A stretch of 64,000 nt of DNA. Origin: Octopus sinensis (lineage: Eukaryota). Positions within the stretch are counted from its first letter, which is position 1. Each line of letters opens with the position of its first letter. Below, in pieces: positions 52,186 to 64,000 of this stretch. Below the pieces are notes generated by a model that saw only the letters and a list, made by a program, of their open reading frames with translations, was not told the origin of the DNA and searched no databases. The stretch is taken from positions 101,804,001-101,868,000 of the forward strand of contig NC_042997.1 in assembly GCF_006345805.1 (NCBI RefSeq), given 5' to 3'. The position numbers were made by a program, and so were the translations under genes.

Positions 52186-54849
52186 CACAAATTACTTTTA
52201 AAATATTTATATACTTTAGCTTCTTATAGTAATGCCGTTTTTAAGATCACTTTTCATGAGTTACATTAGTAGCTAAAATAAGGTCTTAAAAAAACAATAC
52301 TATAATAATTAGCTAAATTAGAAGCAGAGGCTTGTAATTTATTTTACATGTATTTACCACAGATGAACATACTTTTATCTCTCATTGTTCTCTAGCTCAT
52401 TATTAAAATAAGTGTGTTGGCCACACAATTGCTTGGTCTGTTAGCAATCATATCTCTCTAAATTCTCATAAAGAAAATAAGCAGACTAGATAACATGATC
52501 CTAAGATACACTGATCCTAAGATACACTGTCTCAGAGAAAAGGAAAAAAAAAAAGAGTCATCATGATTGGAATACTTTTAATTAATTATAAATCTGCTTG
52601 ATCAGAACTGACCAAATGATAACAATAACTGAAGGAGGAACAGCATATGCATTAGAAATTTATAATAAAAATATAACAGTACAAAATTTAAAAGTGGATT
52701 AAAGCATTATTTAATATAGATTGCTATTTTCAAGAGATCTAGATTTTTTAAAATTTGCTCTTATGCTTACAGGTCCCTCGTTTCAACAGTATTGTGTATA
52801 TCTGTATAAAATCAATATTCAGTTGAAGCAGTATACAATTTCAGAATGGTGGAATACTTCTGTAGTTAACCAAATGAATTAAAATGATTGAGACAATAGA
52901 TGAAGTTTGTTAAAGTAACAATGAAATATCCTTTCCTTTCATTTTATCATTTGATAGGATTGCATTTGAAAGTATTTTGTATTTTTTTAAGGATTTTGTT
53001 GAAAACATAAAATACATAAAACAATTAATTACCAAAATATCCAAAGGAATATGCAAGTACAGTCATGGTCTCGATTGCTTGAGAATTTCAGTTTCATTAC
53101 AGCATTAACAAGTTCACCAGGGCATAAAAATCAAGTGATTTTCCCATTTCAGTAATGAAAGCTGGAAAAAAAAAAAAAAGAAAATATCTTATGCAAGAGA
53201 CCAAATAAATTGTGATCAATAACGATAAGTGGGTCTATAACTACAAACAATATCATGTATTCTTGAAAATGTGCTCATAAAGATTTTCACAAATGAAGCT
53301 TGTTTCTGTTTCTTGTTGTAATACATTTGGGAGCATATATCAGTTCATGCAGCTTGAACTCCTAAAATACTTCAATTCTTTAGTGATTAAAATTCACTGG
53401 ATAGGGACAGCTTGACTTTTGATGCAAGTAGAAACTTCTGAGGGTGTTACTTTGATTTAAGTCATGAAAATAAGCAGAAAGTAACAATCACAATCAAAAA
53501 CAAAAAAATACTTCTACAACTATTAGCAAAAATGAAAATAAAAATTGAATTGCATGTATTAAAAATACAGTAATTAACAAAAAAAAAAGAAAAGCTATTC
53601 ATAGACTGGACAGGTATCATTACTTTGCTTATACTCCTGGATCATCTAAGACAAGAATGTTGCAATATACCTCATTTTGCCTATCTGGATTACTGCAGGT
53701 AAGTTGGGGTTCTTTCAATGTTCTATCTTGTAATGTACTGATTTGAAGTGGTTATTCACCACAAAGGTAAGTATTCAGACACAAGGGGTGAATACAATGA
53801 ACAGAGCAGCCACTTGCATATTTCAGCAACTACATACAACTGAAGATGATCTGTCTGATGTAGACATTACAAGACTGGTGTACAAGAAACATTCATTGAG
53901 AGGAAGTAACTTCAATTAATGAGATAGCAAGGTAAATGGCTGTCAGTGTGTAGACATGCTTGTGTCAGTATATAAATGTATAAAAAAAATATTTTTTTAT
54001 CATCAACTAATTTAAAGTAGTCAACTTTACAAAGGCGGGTGTCAGATAATAGTTGTAATCAATTACATAGCAAAAAGATTTCGTCCAGAATATAAATGTT
54101 ACAACAGAATGTTGTACCCAGAGTTGCTGGAAGCTTAATTTCATTTTTAATAGGCTACAACCAAAGAACAGATTCTTACAAACTCACTAACACACAAACT
54201 GTTAAACACTGACATGTTAACAATGTAAAGAACTACATACTAACTACACACACACACAATGGACACAGAATAACAATAACAAGGAAAGCAAGAGGAAAAC
54301 AGTTATAAAAATACACTAATCCCAGGTGGCTTTCCATTATTGCCACAAGAATAATAATTTAAAACTCTGGAACTGAAGAACATATTCTATATAAACTGAT
54401 GATAAATGAAGTGGTTAAAGTAATTTTATGAAACACACTTGTCAAAGGAAGGATCTAACAGATTGTAGCAAAGTTGGGTTAATATTCATAATAACATTAA
54501 GATGGCGAGCTGACAGACTCATTAACAAGTCAGGCAAAATGCTTAGCATCATTTCATCTTACATTCTGTGTTCAAATTTTGTTGAGGTTAAATTTACTTT
54601 TCATCCATTCAAGATCAATAAAATAAGTACGAGTTGAGTACTGGAGTCAATGTAATCAATTTAATCCTACCCCCAAAGTTGCTGGCCTTGTGCCAAAATC
54701 TGAAACCAATATTTGTAACAACATTAGTAGATTTATCAAGGGTTTTGTCAAGTTAATAGTCACACATGTAATGTATGAACTGAGAGAGAGAGAGAGAGAG
54801 AGGAGGGCAAGGGCTTTGCGTGTGCACATGAGCATTGTGCTGAGTGAAT

Positions 54850-55180
54850 ACTGAGTACTGGCACTGTGTTGCTTATGATGACAAGGGTTCCAGTTGATCC
54901 GACCAATGGAACAGCCTGCTTGTGAAATAAACATGCAAATGGTTGAGCACACCACAAATATGTGTACCCTTAATGTAGTTCTTTAGGGAGATTCAGCATG
55001 ACACAGAGTGTGGCCAGGCTAGCCCTTTGAAATATAGGTACTACTCATTTTTGCCATCTGAGTGGACTAGAGCAATGTGAAATAAAGTGTATTGCTCAAG
55101 GACACAATCTGTTGCTGGAAATCGAACTCATGATCTTATGATTATAAGCTGAATACCCTAGCCACTAAGCCATGCACCTT
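54850..55180 (-). repeat. tRNA-derived SINE (same family as 5418-5740)
   Basis: The reverse complement reads GGTGCATGGCTTAGTGGCTAGGG...GAGTTCGATTTCC...GTGTCCTTGAGCAATACACTTTA. Confidence 0.7.
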
Positions 55181-58100
55181 CACTCATATATATGTATACA
55201 TATATATATTATGTATATCCTTTTATATATTGAGCATATTGCATTGTATGACAGCTGCACTGCATAAATACTGTGTAAGCATTGTGCTGCTGTGTGCATG
55301 TTGTGTTGTATTGTGTCATGTAGTGGTTTACAAGTTGTATCATTGTTTCATCACATCAGTGCCTGTGCTGCATCTGTTACATTGCATTAGTGTCACAATA
55401 TGTGATGTGTGAGACTAAAATGAATGAGAAGAAATTGGTCAAAACCAAATGAATTTAGTCTTTGTGTCAAAAACTTGTCTGAGACCATTGTAAAAATTTT
55501 TGTCTTCATTAAGGAGTCTTGAAATTGTGCACTCATTGAGTTTGATCAAGGTTACCTATGTACTAAAGAAGAATTGTTACAAATGGGCCCTCTAACCCAC
55601 ATATCAAACATGTTAGAATAGTTGCAGGTGGAAAATGTTACTCGACATGTGGACTTCATACAAGAGATCTGAGACCATATCAATCATCAGTGTAGACTAA
55701 GATAAAGGATAAAAGTCATGGTCACTGCAATACTAAATATGGATTGCACGTGTCTAATCAACTCCATTGTGCTTGAGGTTGAACACCTAAAGGCTACATC
55801 TATGAGAATACTAAGGTGAGCCAAACAATTAATAACATTTGATTTCGATACTATGTATGTCAAGGGAAAGCTGATGTGTCTTCTAGGTATATTTTAGCCG
55901 ACAACCACAGGAAACTAGCTTAGATAATGTCAATTAATTAATAGACAAAATAAGAACTGATGTGTTGTATTTTCAACAATCTTGCTTAACACATGCATGA
56001 TGCAACACTAGGCAAAATCCTTTCCAGAGGGAAAGGAAAGAATGTTTAAAATAACTGTTTCACTGATGGAAGACCTTGTAAGAATATCAAACATTGATTA
56101 ACTGGAAAACAGTCTTATTGGTAATGGTAATCATAATGTTCTGCCTGAAGTATCTAGCAATTAAATCATTAAAAGTGTTCATAATAATATCCATTATAGC
56201 TTTATTGCTACACACAACTGCCTAAGTCTTGAAGTATCTTGGCCTGGCTATTCATGGGTATAAACATGTGGTACTGAAAAAGTTGTCAAAAGAACAAGCT
56301 TTATTGGATCAGGGATTTAGATCACTGGAGTTGTGTACACAAAGATCATGGTACCAAATTACTGTTTACAGTAGATTTCTTTTGAGAGTGACCAGAGGTT
56401 ATTAATGTTTTTCAGAACAAAAGTTCACTCAGCTCTCCTATTATTGTCTCCTATTTTCCATCACACTATATGTGTAATGAGGGATAAGTACTGGACCTGT
56501 TCGTATTCAATCTACCTACTGTCACCCTTCTTTTTTTTTGTTAGCCTTTAATCTCTCTCTCTCTCTCTTTTCCATTAATCATTCTCTTATCATTCATTGT
56601 TAACATCTGACCCATGCAGACATGGAAAAATGAACGTTAAAATGAAGGTGGTGATGATGTCACTTTTTTACCTTCACCTATCTCTAGTACACCACTCACT
56701 CCTTCTCTTCATTACCATCTCATCTATTACCCAATCTTTCTCCAATTATTGTGCCAACCATTCTTCTCTGCCTCAGTAAAAATGGATGACACTGGATCCA
56801 TGTGTATTCAATCCCTTCCTACCATACCCTTCTTTCTTGCTAACTGTCACTCACTCACAATACTCCCTCCTCTATAATTCATAATAGACATCCATCACTC
56901 TCTCTCTCTCTGTCTTTTGCCATTACGCTTCCTATTACCATTCACTTTGTCTTTTATCATCATCCATCTTTACTGCTACTGATCACCCTCTCTCTCTTTC
57001 ATTCTCATTAATCCCATCTTACTTTGAATGAGTGGAAACAATGCAGAAAGGACTCTTACTGAGGATGGAAATCCTTCAAGTGTTTGTGCCACAATAAAAT
57101 GATTGACATTAGGAAGGCACCCAGCTATAGAAAACAGTCCTAAAATGAGCTGTATGAGTAAAAGGTGGTCTCTAACTCAACTAAGAGTGCAGTAACTCCA
57201 AATAGAAACCAACAATATGAACCATCCCACTTACACCATCATGGAAAAGTGCAAAATCATGATGACAACAATGCCAGTGACAAAATTACAGCAGTAACAT
57301 CAATAGCCTCAATGGCCACAAACATTGTGGATGAATGTCTAGCAACAGCGATATGCGAAAAGGAATGGCAACTCTCACACTCTGACTGAATTTGTCTTCT
57401 CTGATTTACTGTAGCCACTAGTAGAATCTACAAGCTTATAGAAATGGATGGGACAGTGGACAAAAAGCAATAAGTCAAGATTGCAACACTCCACCTATTA
57501 CAGTTCATCACTGCAAGTCATTAAATGGGAGGAGACATAGCTTATCAAGAACAATAGATTTATTATTCGATCATGCTTAGTTATTTGACTATCTTCATGT
57601 TAAAGGTCTGGGTAGAGCTAACCCATGCTAAACAAAAATGTTTAATCTGCTTCCTCTATCTTACCAAAGGCCAAAAAATAATGGATAATAAATAGATAGT
57701 TGTCAAACAGCAGACTAATATGTCTTGTAAATATTCAACATTGTAAACATCAAGAAGGTTGTCCTATATTAGACAAGATCTTACATAAAATGACACCAAA
57801 TTGCAGTTATTCATTTTAACTACCTACTATAATTTTCCATTTAATTTATTCTTAGATTCTTATTTCACATCAATATTACTCTCAATATATAGTTTTTACT
57901 AAATAGGTTTTTAGCAGAATCATTTTCCTAAGATTACCATGCACACACACACATGCATGCACACATAAAAAGTGTAAACAGAATAAATACTTTAAAAATT
58001 ATAGATTTAGACAGAGTGAAGACTGATAAGAAGAATAATACAATTGTGTCTTTGGTGAATTGGGTTAATGTTTAAAGATGCAGCAGCTGTTATTGATTAT

Positions 58101-58402
58101 ACTTTTTTTTTTTTCCCTCAAAAACATATTTTACAAAATCCCTGGTCCTATATCAAATAAAACATGTACTGATAATTCAACTTAGAATTATAAATTAGTG
58201 GAGTATTTTTGTAATGAGAGAGGCATTTAGATTAATGCTTAGAGTTAAAGAGTGAAAAGGAAATGGAGTGAAAGAAAGAAGGAAACGGAGAATAGGAGAG
58301 AAAAAACACGTTTTTTTGGGTTTTTTTATGATTCTGCTTCGCCATAGCATAACAACCCAATAAATAGTTGTTAGAATTCAGTATAGTTATACATCAATTT
58401 CA

Positions 58403-58591
58403 CCCCTTAGCATTTAAACTGGCCATATCTGGCACAAATATTCAACCTGTTTTATGTTTAATCTGGCCTCTCACACCTGCCCTGCAATGTCAATCTCAAG
58501 AAAATCATATCATCAAAATCTTGAAGCAGCAAAATAATGCATAATTAATTCAAAACAATGTGAATAAATTAGTAATCTGAATACTAAAGGG
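58403..58591 (-). mobile_element. piggyBac-like MITE, family 1 (copy D, inverted)
   Basis: Reverse-complement of the family interior, ending CTAAAGGG|TTAA. Confidence 0.7.
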
Positions 58592-59354
58592 TTAAATGAA
58601 CGGGTCATATCCTCACCCCTACTAAATGCATCATATGTGCCTTAATGTAGCCAACTATATATTTAAATGTTTCCTGCACTAAAGCAACACTTCATTCTAA
58701 CAGCGCTGAGGACATTATAAGATGTTGCACTCAATCCAGTTACAGAAACAGCTGTTAGCTAATAAAAGTGATTCTGTAACTCCTGCTCTTTTGTCAGCAA
58801 TTTATTAATTAATAATTATATATATAGTACATAAATAAATTGAACTTCATATTCAAGGCTTCAATGAAACTATAAGGTGTTACTCAGACGCTCAACTATG
58901 AGTCCACTGCATCTTATAGCTGAAACAGCTGTAAGCTAATGAAGTTCATCAGATAATCATTTATTCCTTTGTTATTTTCTTATATATATATATATATATA
59001 TAGATATATATATAGGTGATGGTTTGTTGCCAACTTAATGTGGCAGTCCCAGAAAAGGGAAGAATGCTACTGCTATTTAGCCCCAGGAAACATCGTTTCC
59101 GGTTGGCTATGTGACACAAGCATTGTGTTGTTAATTTTCAAACAGGAAAGATAAGCACCTCCACCCAGCACCCAGAGACAAGTTTCAGAGTTATTGCTCT
59201 TCATCTGTCTGAAGTAGCTTGGTTTGCTAACAGTTGATGCTTATTCACCTTTGAAAACATAGAATTTCAAGTGAAATAAATCCACTGACCTACAAAATTA
59301 GAAATATTGCATTTCTAAATCTCTGAGAGACTTATACAGTAGCAGTATGATAAA

Positions 59355-59597
59355 GTGATGGTTTGTGGCCAACTTAATGTGGCAGTCCCAGAAAAGGGAA
59401 GGATGCTACTACTATTTAGCCCCGTGAAGAGCAATAACTCTGAGATACACCAAACGGACGCATAGCATGTTGCTTAGTCAAATTAGCCCATCATTTATTC
59501 CACAAATATTTTGTTGTCAGTGCTGTACTTTCCCATATCTGTATTATATACAAACTATGCCAATTTAATCCCGAGCAACGCCGGGTATCTCTGCTTG
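59355..59597 (+). mobile_element. Helitron-type 3' end of a non-autonomous element
   Basis: GC hairpin CCCG-AGCAACGC-CGGG at 59570-59585 followed by TATCTCTGCTTG|T, a CTAG-like end. The left boundary is uncertain. Confidence 0.6.
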
Positions 59598-59739
59598 TAT
59601 ATAAAAATTTTTTTCCCTTTAAGTTAGGATTAATATTCCATCAAATAATTATTATATATATATATAATGTATATGAATATCTATTATATAAATTGGACAT
59701 GGGTGATTATTGTACTCTTTCTTGTCTTGAGGTTCACAT

Positions 59740-59979
59740 TTATGGTGCATTTAGAAAAACAAGTAAGGAGTCGATATCCTCCATCATCATCACTACAAGA
59801 ACTGGAGACGGTTTTAGCTGAAGAATGGATAAAAATTCCTTTGGAAACAATTCAAACTTTGTATGAGTCCATACCTCGTTGAATTCAAACTGTAATTACT
59901 GCCAAAGGTGCTCTTATACCATATTAAAATAAATTTGTTTGAAATTTTAAGATGTTTCCATTATTTTGTCCAACCCCAG
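59740..59979 (+). mobile_element. Tc1-like transposon 3' fragment
   Basis: HLEKQVRSRYPPSSSLQELETVLAEEWIKIPLETIQTLYESIPR*IQTVITAKG...PY is a Tc1 transposase C-terminus. It is followed by a TIR-like TTTCCATTATTTTGTCCAACCCC. Confidence 0.8.
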
Positions 59980-59980
59980 T

Positions 59981-60024
<44 letters not shown>

Positions 60025-60179
60025 ATGTATGTATGTATGTATGTATTTATATATATATGTATGAATATACATATGTATATATTTATGTATGTATATATGT
60101 ATGTAATATATGTATGTAACCTGTGGGGGTTATGTGATTTTTGAACGCACTGAAAAGCTGTCCAGTCAGGGCTGTGTCT

Positions 60180-60821
60180 AACATGACCCATCATCTGAAA
60201 TGTTGACACCTCCTTCAGGTTTGTTGTCCTACATCGCTCATTAAGTAAATTTGGAGAAACTGTGGTTGTTCATTTGTGGGTAACAGGGAACCAATGAGGT
60301 GACAGGCTTGCCTTTGAACTTTGACGTCGGCGTAAATTCAGGTTTATCTATCTTCTTAGATGCACCAAACAATGTCATTTGCAGAGTTGTATTGTCTGAT
60401 ATTGTTCAGAAAATCCTTTGACTAGATGGAAATGCTTTCTAGAAGAGCCATAAGAGGTTGAGAAGGAGCTGGTAGTGCTGGCAATGTTACCTGACCGCTT
60501 GAGCAGCGCATACCATTAGTTTCATTTGAAAACTCTACAGAAATGGCAATTTGTGTTTAGCACACCAATTTGGACAGAGTTATCATTTTTACAAGAATGG
60601 GATGGATCATATCTAAAAACAGCTTCAGGAGTTATGAAGAATGAATTTGTACATAGTCTGTTTCTGAGAGCTATTCTATTGGACCTCTATCTAATCATGC
60701 ATTTGCTGATCTTGAGATAATCTCATATAGCTTCTCTCTTCAGAGTCTCGCCTTCAGTTTTCTACAATCCTCCTTGCCTTATACTTGTTTCTAGAGAGAT
60801 TACGTCTTTCTTTGGTGGCAT
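60180..60821 (-). mobile_element. Helitron Rep N-terminal remnant (Zn-finger region), decayed
   Basis: Manual minus-strand translation gives MPPKK..., AVFRYDPS...QIGVLNTNCHFCRVFK, CSSGQVTLPALPAPSQPLMALLE, FLNNIRQYNSA and [19 protein letters not shown], which are canonical Helitron N-terminal motifs with stops and frameshifts. Confidence 0.8.
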
Positions 60822-61304
60822 ATTTTTTCCTATATTGTAAACAAAAAATGATGAACATAGAAAGAAATTATACATTAATCCTCATTTTTGTAAGCAGTTG
60901 TATCTATAAAAATTTGTTTGAAGAGAGCAGAAACTTAAAGAGAAAGCAAAAAGAACAGAGAAAGAAAGTGAAAGATGAATGTACATCTATATGAAATGGA
61001 TGTATGTGTGTGCGTGCATGCGCATGTGTGAGAGAAAGAGGCTGAGAAACAGAGATAGAGTGAGTGAGTGAAGGTGTGTGCCATGATGATTGATGTCTTT
61101 TAAGGTACACACACATATATAGAAAATGTGATGTCATCATATAAAATGTTTATGATAGTGGATTTATGGAAACGATTGTTAAATTTTTGAAATGTGAGTA
61201 TGTGAATGGAAATTAAGTTTAATTTGTAGCCGAAATAGTACTGAATCTTTTAATACCCCATACGTCAAAATCTGTAACTCGGTTTTGGAATGCATATAGG
61301 ATAT

Positions 61305-61348
<44 letters not shown>

Positions 61349-63245
61349 GACAGTATCTCACATTACAATAGAGATGTAATACTGAAATAGTGTAAGAGAT
61401 AAGAGATTGGTCTGGGCTTGCATTAGGCAAGAAGTTGGAAATTTTTTGGGCCCATCACACTGCATGGATCTTGGCTTTTGTATTTGATGCCTGTTGCTTT
61501 AAGTATTTTATTTCAATTTTATGTATGTATAATAAGCCAATAAGGGAGACCCCTACACGGTAGCTAGATCTGGTAGAAATAGCAGCCAAAACTCCCTCCA
61601 AACACCCTACTGTCTTAATCTGATAATTTTGCCTATCATGTAGTTTGAATGAGAAATTGTAACCAAAGATTAAGATTATTAATCCCAAAATTTTACGAGT
61701 TTTAATAGCAATCAATTTTTTTCTCTTTTTTGCTTAATTAATAGTATTTCATGTCAGATGTAAAGGTGAAGAGGGTTAACTTGGATGGTGTTAAGTAGTG
61801 GAGATGTTGGTGATTGTATGTGGTGGGTACTTTTGACTGTTTCTTCTCAATAAGGATAATTGATTGATAACGAATCTTAACACAATATATATACAACTTC
61901 AAGTGGAATTGGACATCATAAGAGAGACAGCATAGCAACGGTTTTGGCTGACTGTCATCCTGTTCTTCCCCTTGTTGCTAGCAAAATGGTATATGCTGGC
62001 TGTCAGAGCAACTGGCTGATTTTAATGGTGGAACAAACAGGACAAAAAGATTACAAAAATAGCGATTCTCACTTTGAAACTAACAATTTTGAAAATCTTA
62101 ATGCCTCACTCTCTCATGAATCCATCTATAAAATTTCAGTGCAATCAGATGAACAATACTCAAGTTATAAGTGCACAAACAGACAGAACGGATTTTATCA
62201 TCATAGAGCTTCCTTCAGTTTCCATCTACCAAATCCAAACCCAGATTACTATCAAGAAACAGATTTTTAAATAATAATAATAATAATGATGATTTCAAAT
62301 TTTGGCATAAGGCCAGCAATTTCAGAGGAAGGGGTAAGTCGATTTTATTAACCCTGAAATAATGAAAGGCAATGGTGACCTTGGTGGAATTTGAACTTGG
62401 AATGTAAAGACAAACAAAATACTGCTAAGCATTTTGCACAGTGTGAATATAACATTTTTATCACATTTCCTTTCAGGTTGTTATGGGTTTGTAAATATCT
62501 ACGTAACACAATCTGAATCTTGCACCACCTTATCTATAAGACTGAAGTTTCTTAGGAATAGCTGAAGTACTTTGCATCAACACTATTTTTATTAAAAATA
62601 ACAGAATAAATGGTCAAGTTTGGCAGTATTTGAACTCTAAGCCAAATGAAACAAACCTAAATACTGCAAAGTTCTACTTTCTCACCAAGCATCACAAAAC
62701 TTGAAAACACAGATAATTGAATAAATTTTATTTGCTTTTTTTTTTTTAATAAAATATATAAGAAACAAAAGTACTCAATATACAAAATAAAATGTACTTA
62801 ATATTATCTTTCCTTATGTTTATGATAAGAAAAATTATTCTGTATGTTTATATAATCAATGAATAATAGTAATAATAATAATAATAAAATATGTGATATA
62901 CATATATACTGCTCAGTTAGAATTAGTTTTTATATAGAAAAGAATTCTTTCACATTAGGAAACATTGATAATGCATGTCATAAATATCATATTATATGGT
63001 GGTGAAATGTGGACAATGAAGAACAGCAGCAGAATGAAAGAAAAACTAAATATGATGGATGAATAATGTCTGTTGAAGGGAGGCTGATATCTATTCTGGA
63101 AGTATTGACACTGTTATAATCTTGTTTAAGCAATTTCAACAGGTGGCAACAAAGGGTGTTATATATTTAGTAAACAATCTAATAAGTTAGCAAAGGGACT
63201 GGCAAATAAAGGCATTAAATATAATGTATAGACACAAATTTAACA

Positions 63246-63480
63246 CAGTGGTTCTCAATCTTTTGTAGTTCAACAACCCCTTTTATCGAATGGTATTTTA
63301 CAAATGCTTCTTCCTACATTTTGTAGGAAAAAACAAATAGAGGTTAATTTTACACAGGGTTTTATTATCCATATTTTCTCACAGAATGAAATGATAATGT
63401 GCTGCTGTTGGATGCTTATGTTTGGTACGGTTGACTGGACAGTCAACCAGTTTTGGTGACCATAAGTTTTGGCACTGGAG
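63246..63480 (+). mobile_element. Possible hAT (Charlie-like) non-autonomous fragment
   Basis: Begins CAGTGGTTCTCAA, a typical hAT-Charlie terminus. The matching right end is weak. Confidence 0.3.
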
Positions 63481-63504
63481 GACAATGCATGCACATGTAT
63501 GCAG

Positions 63505-63544
<40 letters not shown>

Positions 63545-64000
63545 AGAGAGAGAGAGAATGCATGTACCTACAAACATAAATTGAAGCTCACACACATAAA
63601 CAGAGAGAGGGGGACAAGAGAAATATTAAAATACCTGATGTTAAATCAGTATTGAATCAACAATGCCATATAGACACTGCCAAAACATTTTATACTCATT
63701 TTCTCATCCTGTCATATCCATTATGTACCCCTTTTAAGATATTTACATGGACTAGTGCCCTCTAAATTAAATTCTCATAGAAACTATGAAAGATAGCAAG
63801 GGCTTACTTAACAAAATTATATTATACCCTGGCACACCATAAGTTGGGTTTCTGCTCATTGATAGGACAATGTCAAACTCACATTTTAATCCCAATGAAG
63901 CTTGCTCTGAAAATGTTTGACTCTTTTGATATCAATCACCTGAAACCATTCCTGATCCTATATACAAAGTCCCTGTTTGTAAAGTGATCTATCAGGGTCA

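Noticed and set aside
55520-56000. Possible reverse-transcriptase relic (…RIKVMVT…)
   Set aside because: Too decayed to assign from the sequence alone.
57165-57389. 74-aa protein-like ORF
   Set aside because: Its first half is an RTE-tail repeat, it starts at GTG, and it has no splice context or recognisable homology.
61944-62274. 108-aa plus-strand ORF
   Set aside because: Overlaps repeat-like sequence (aaatttcagtgcaatcagatg...acagacag and a family C SINE head); no motif.

Overview
This is AT-rich, microsatellite-rich animal genomic DNA. The repeat landscape looks like an octopod cephalopod; that is my inference and was not confirmed by any search. The window is dominated by one minus-strand gene, the Dopey/DOP1 (DOP1A/DOPEY1, pad-1) Golgi-endosome trafficking scaffold. 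I could chain 15 coding exons from the ATG at 49768 down to 1855. All have GT-AG boundaries and compatible phases, giving 5619 nt or 1873 codons with no stop. The gene runs off the left edge of the window, and a non-coding 5' exon upstream of 49797 was not located. Introns and upstream DNA are a mosaic of transposon debris: a frameshift-free but stop-interrupted DD37D (maT) transposase, two DD34D mariner relics, a Tc1 3' end, Helitron Rep/helicase pieces and termini, an RT-deleted RTE LINE, CR1-like remnants, piggyBac-like, Tc2/pogo-like and mariner MITEs, several SINE families and long (TA)/(TG) tracts. There is no CRISPR array, rRNA or convincing tRNA gene, and I found no clearly new biological system. 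The best second-look items are a candidate poison exon and adjacent motif cluster in intron 6, symmetric TIR changes in piggyBac-like MITEs, a direct duplication at both ends of intron 3, and a cluster of strong plus-strand splice donors upstream of the gene.
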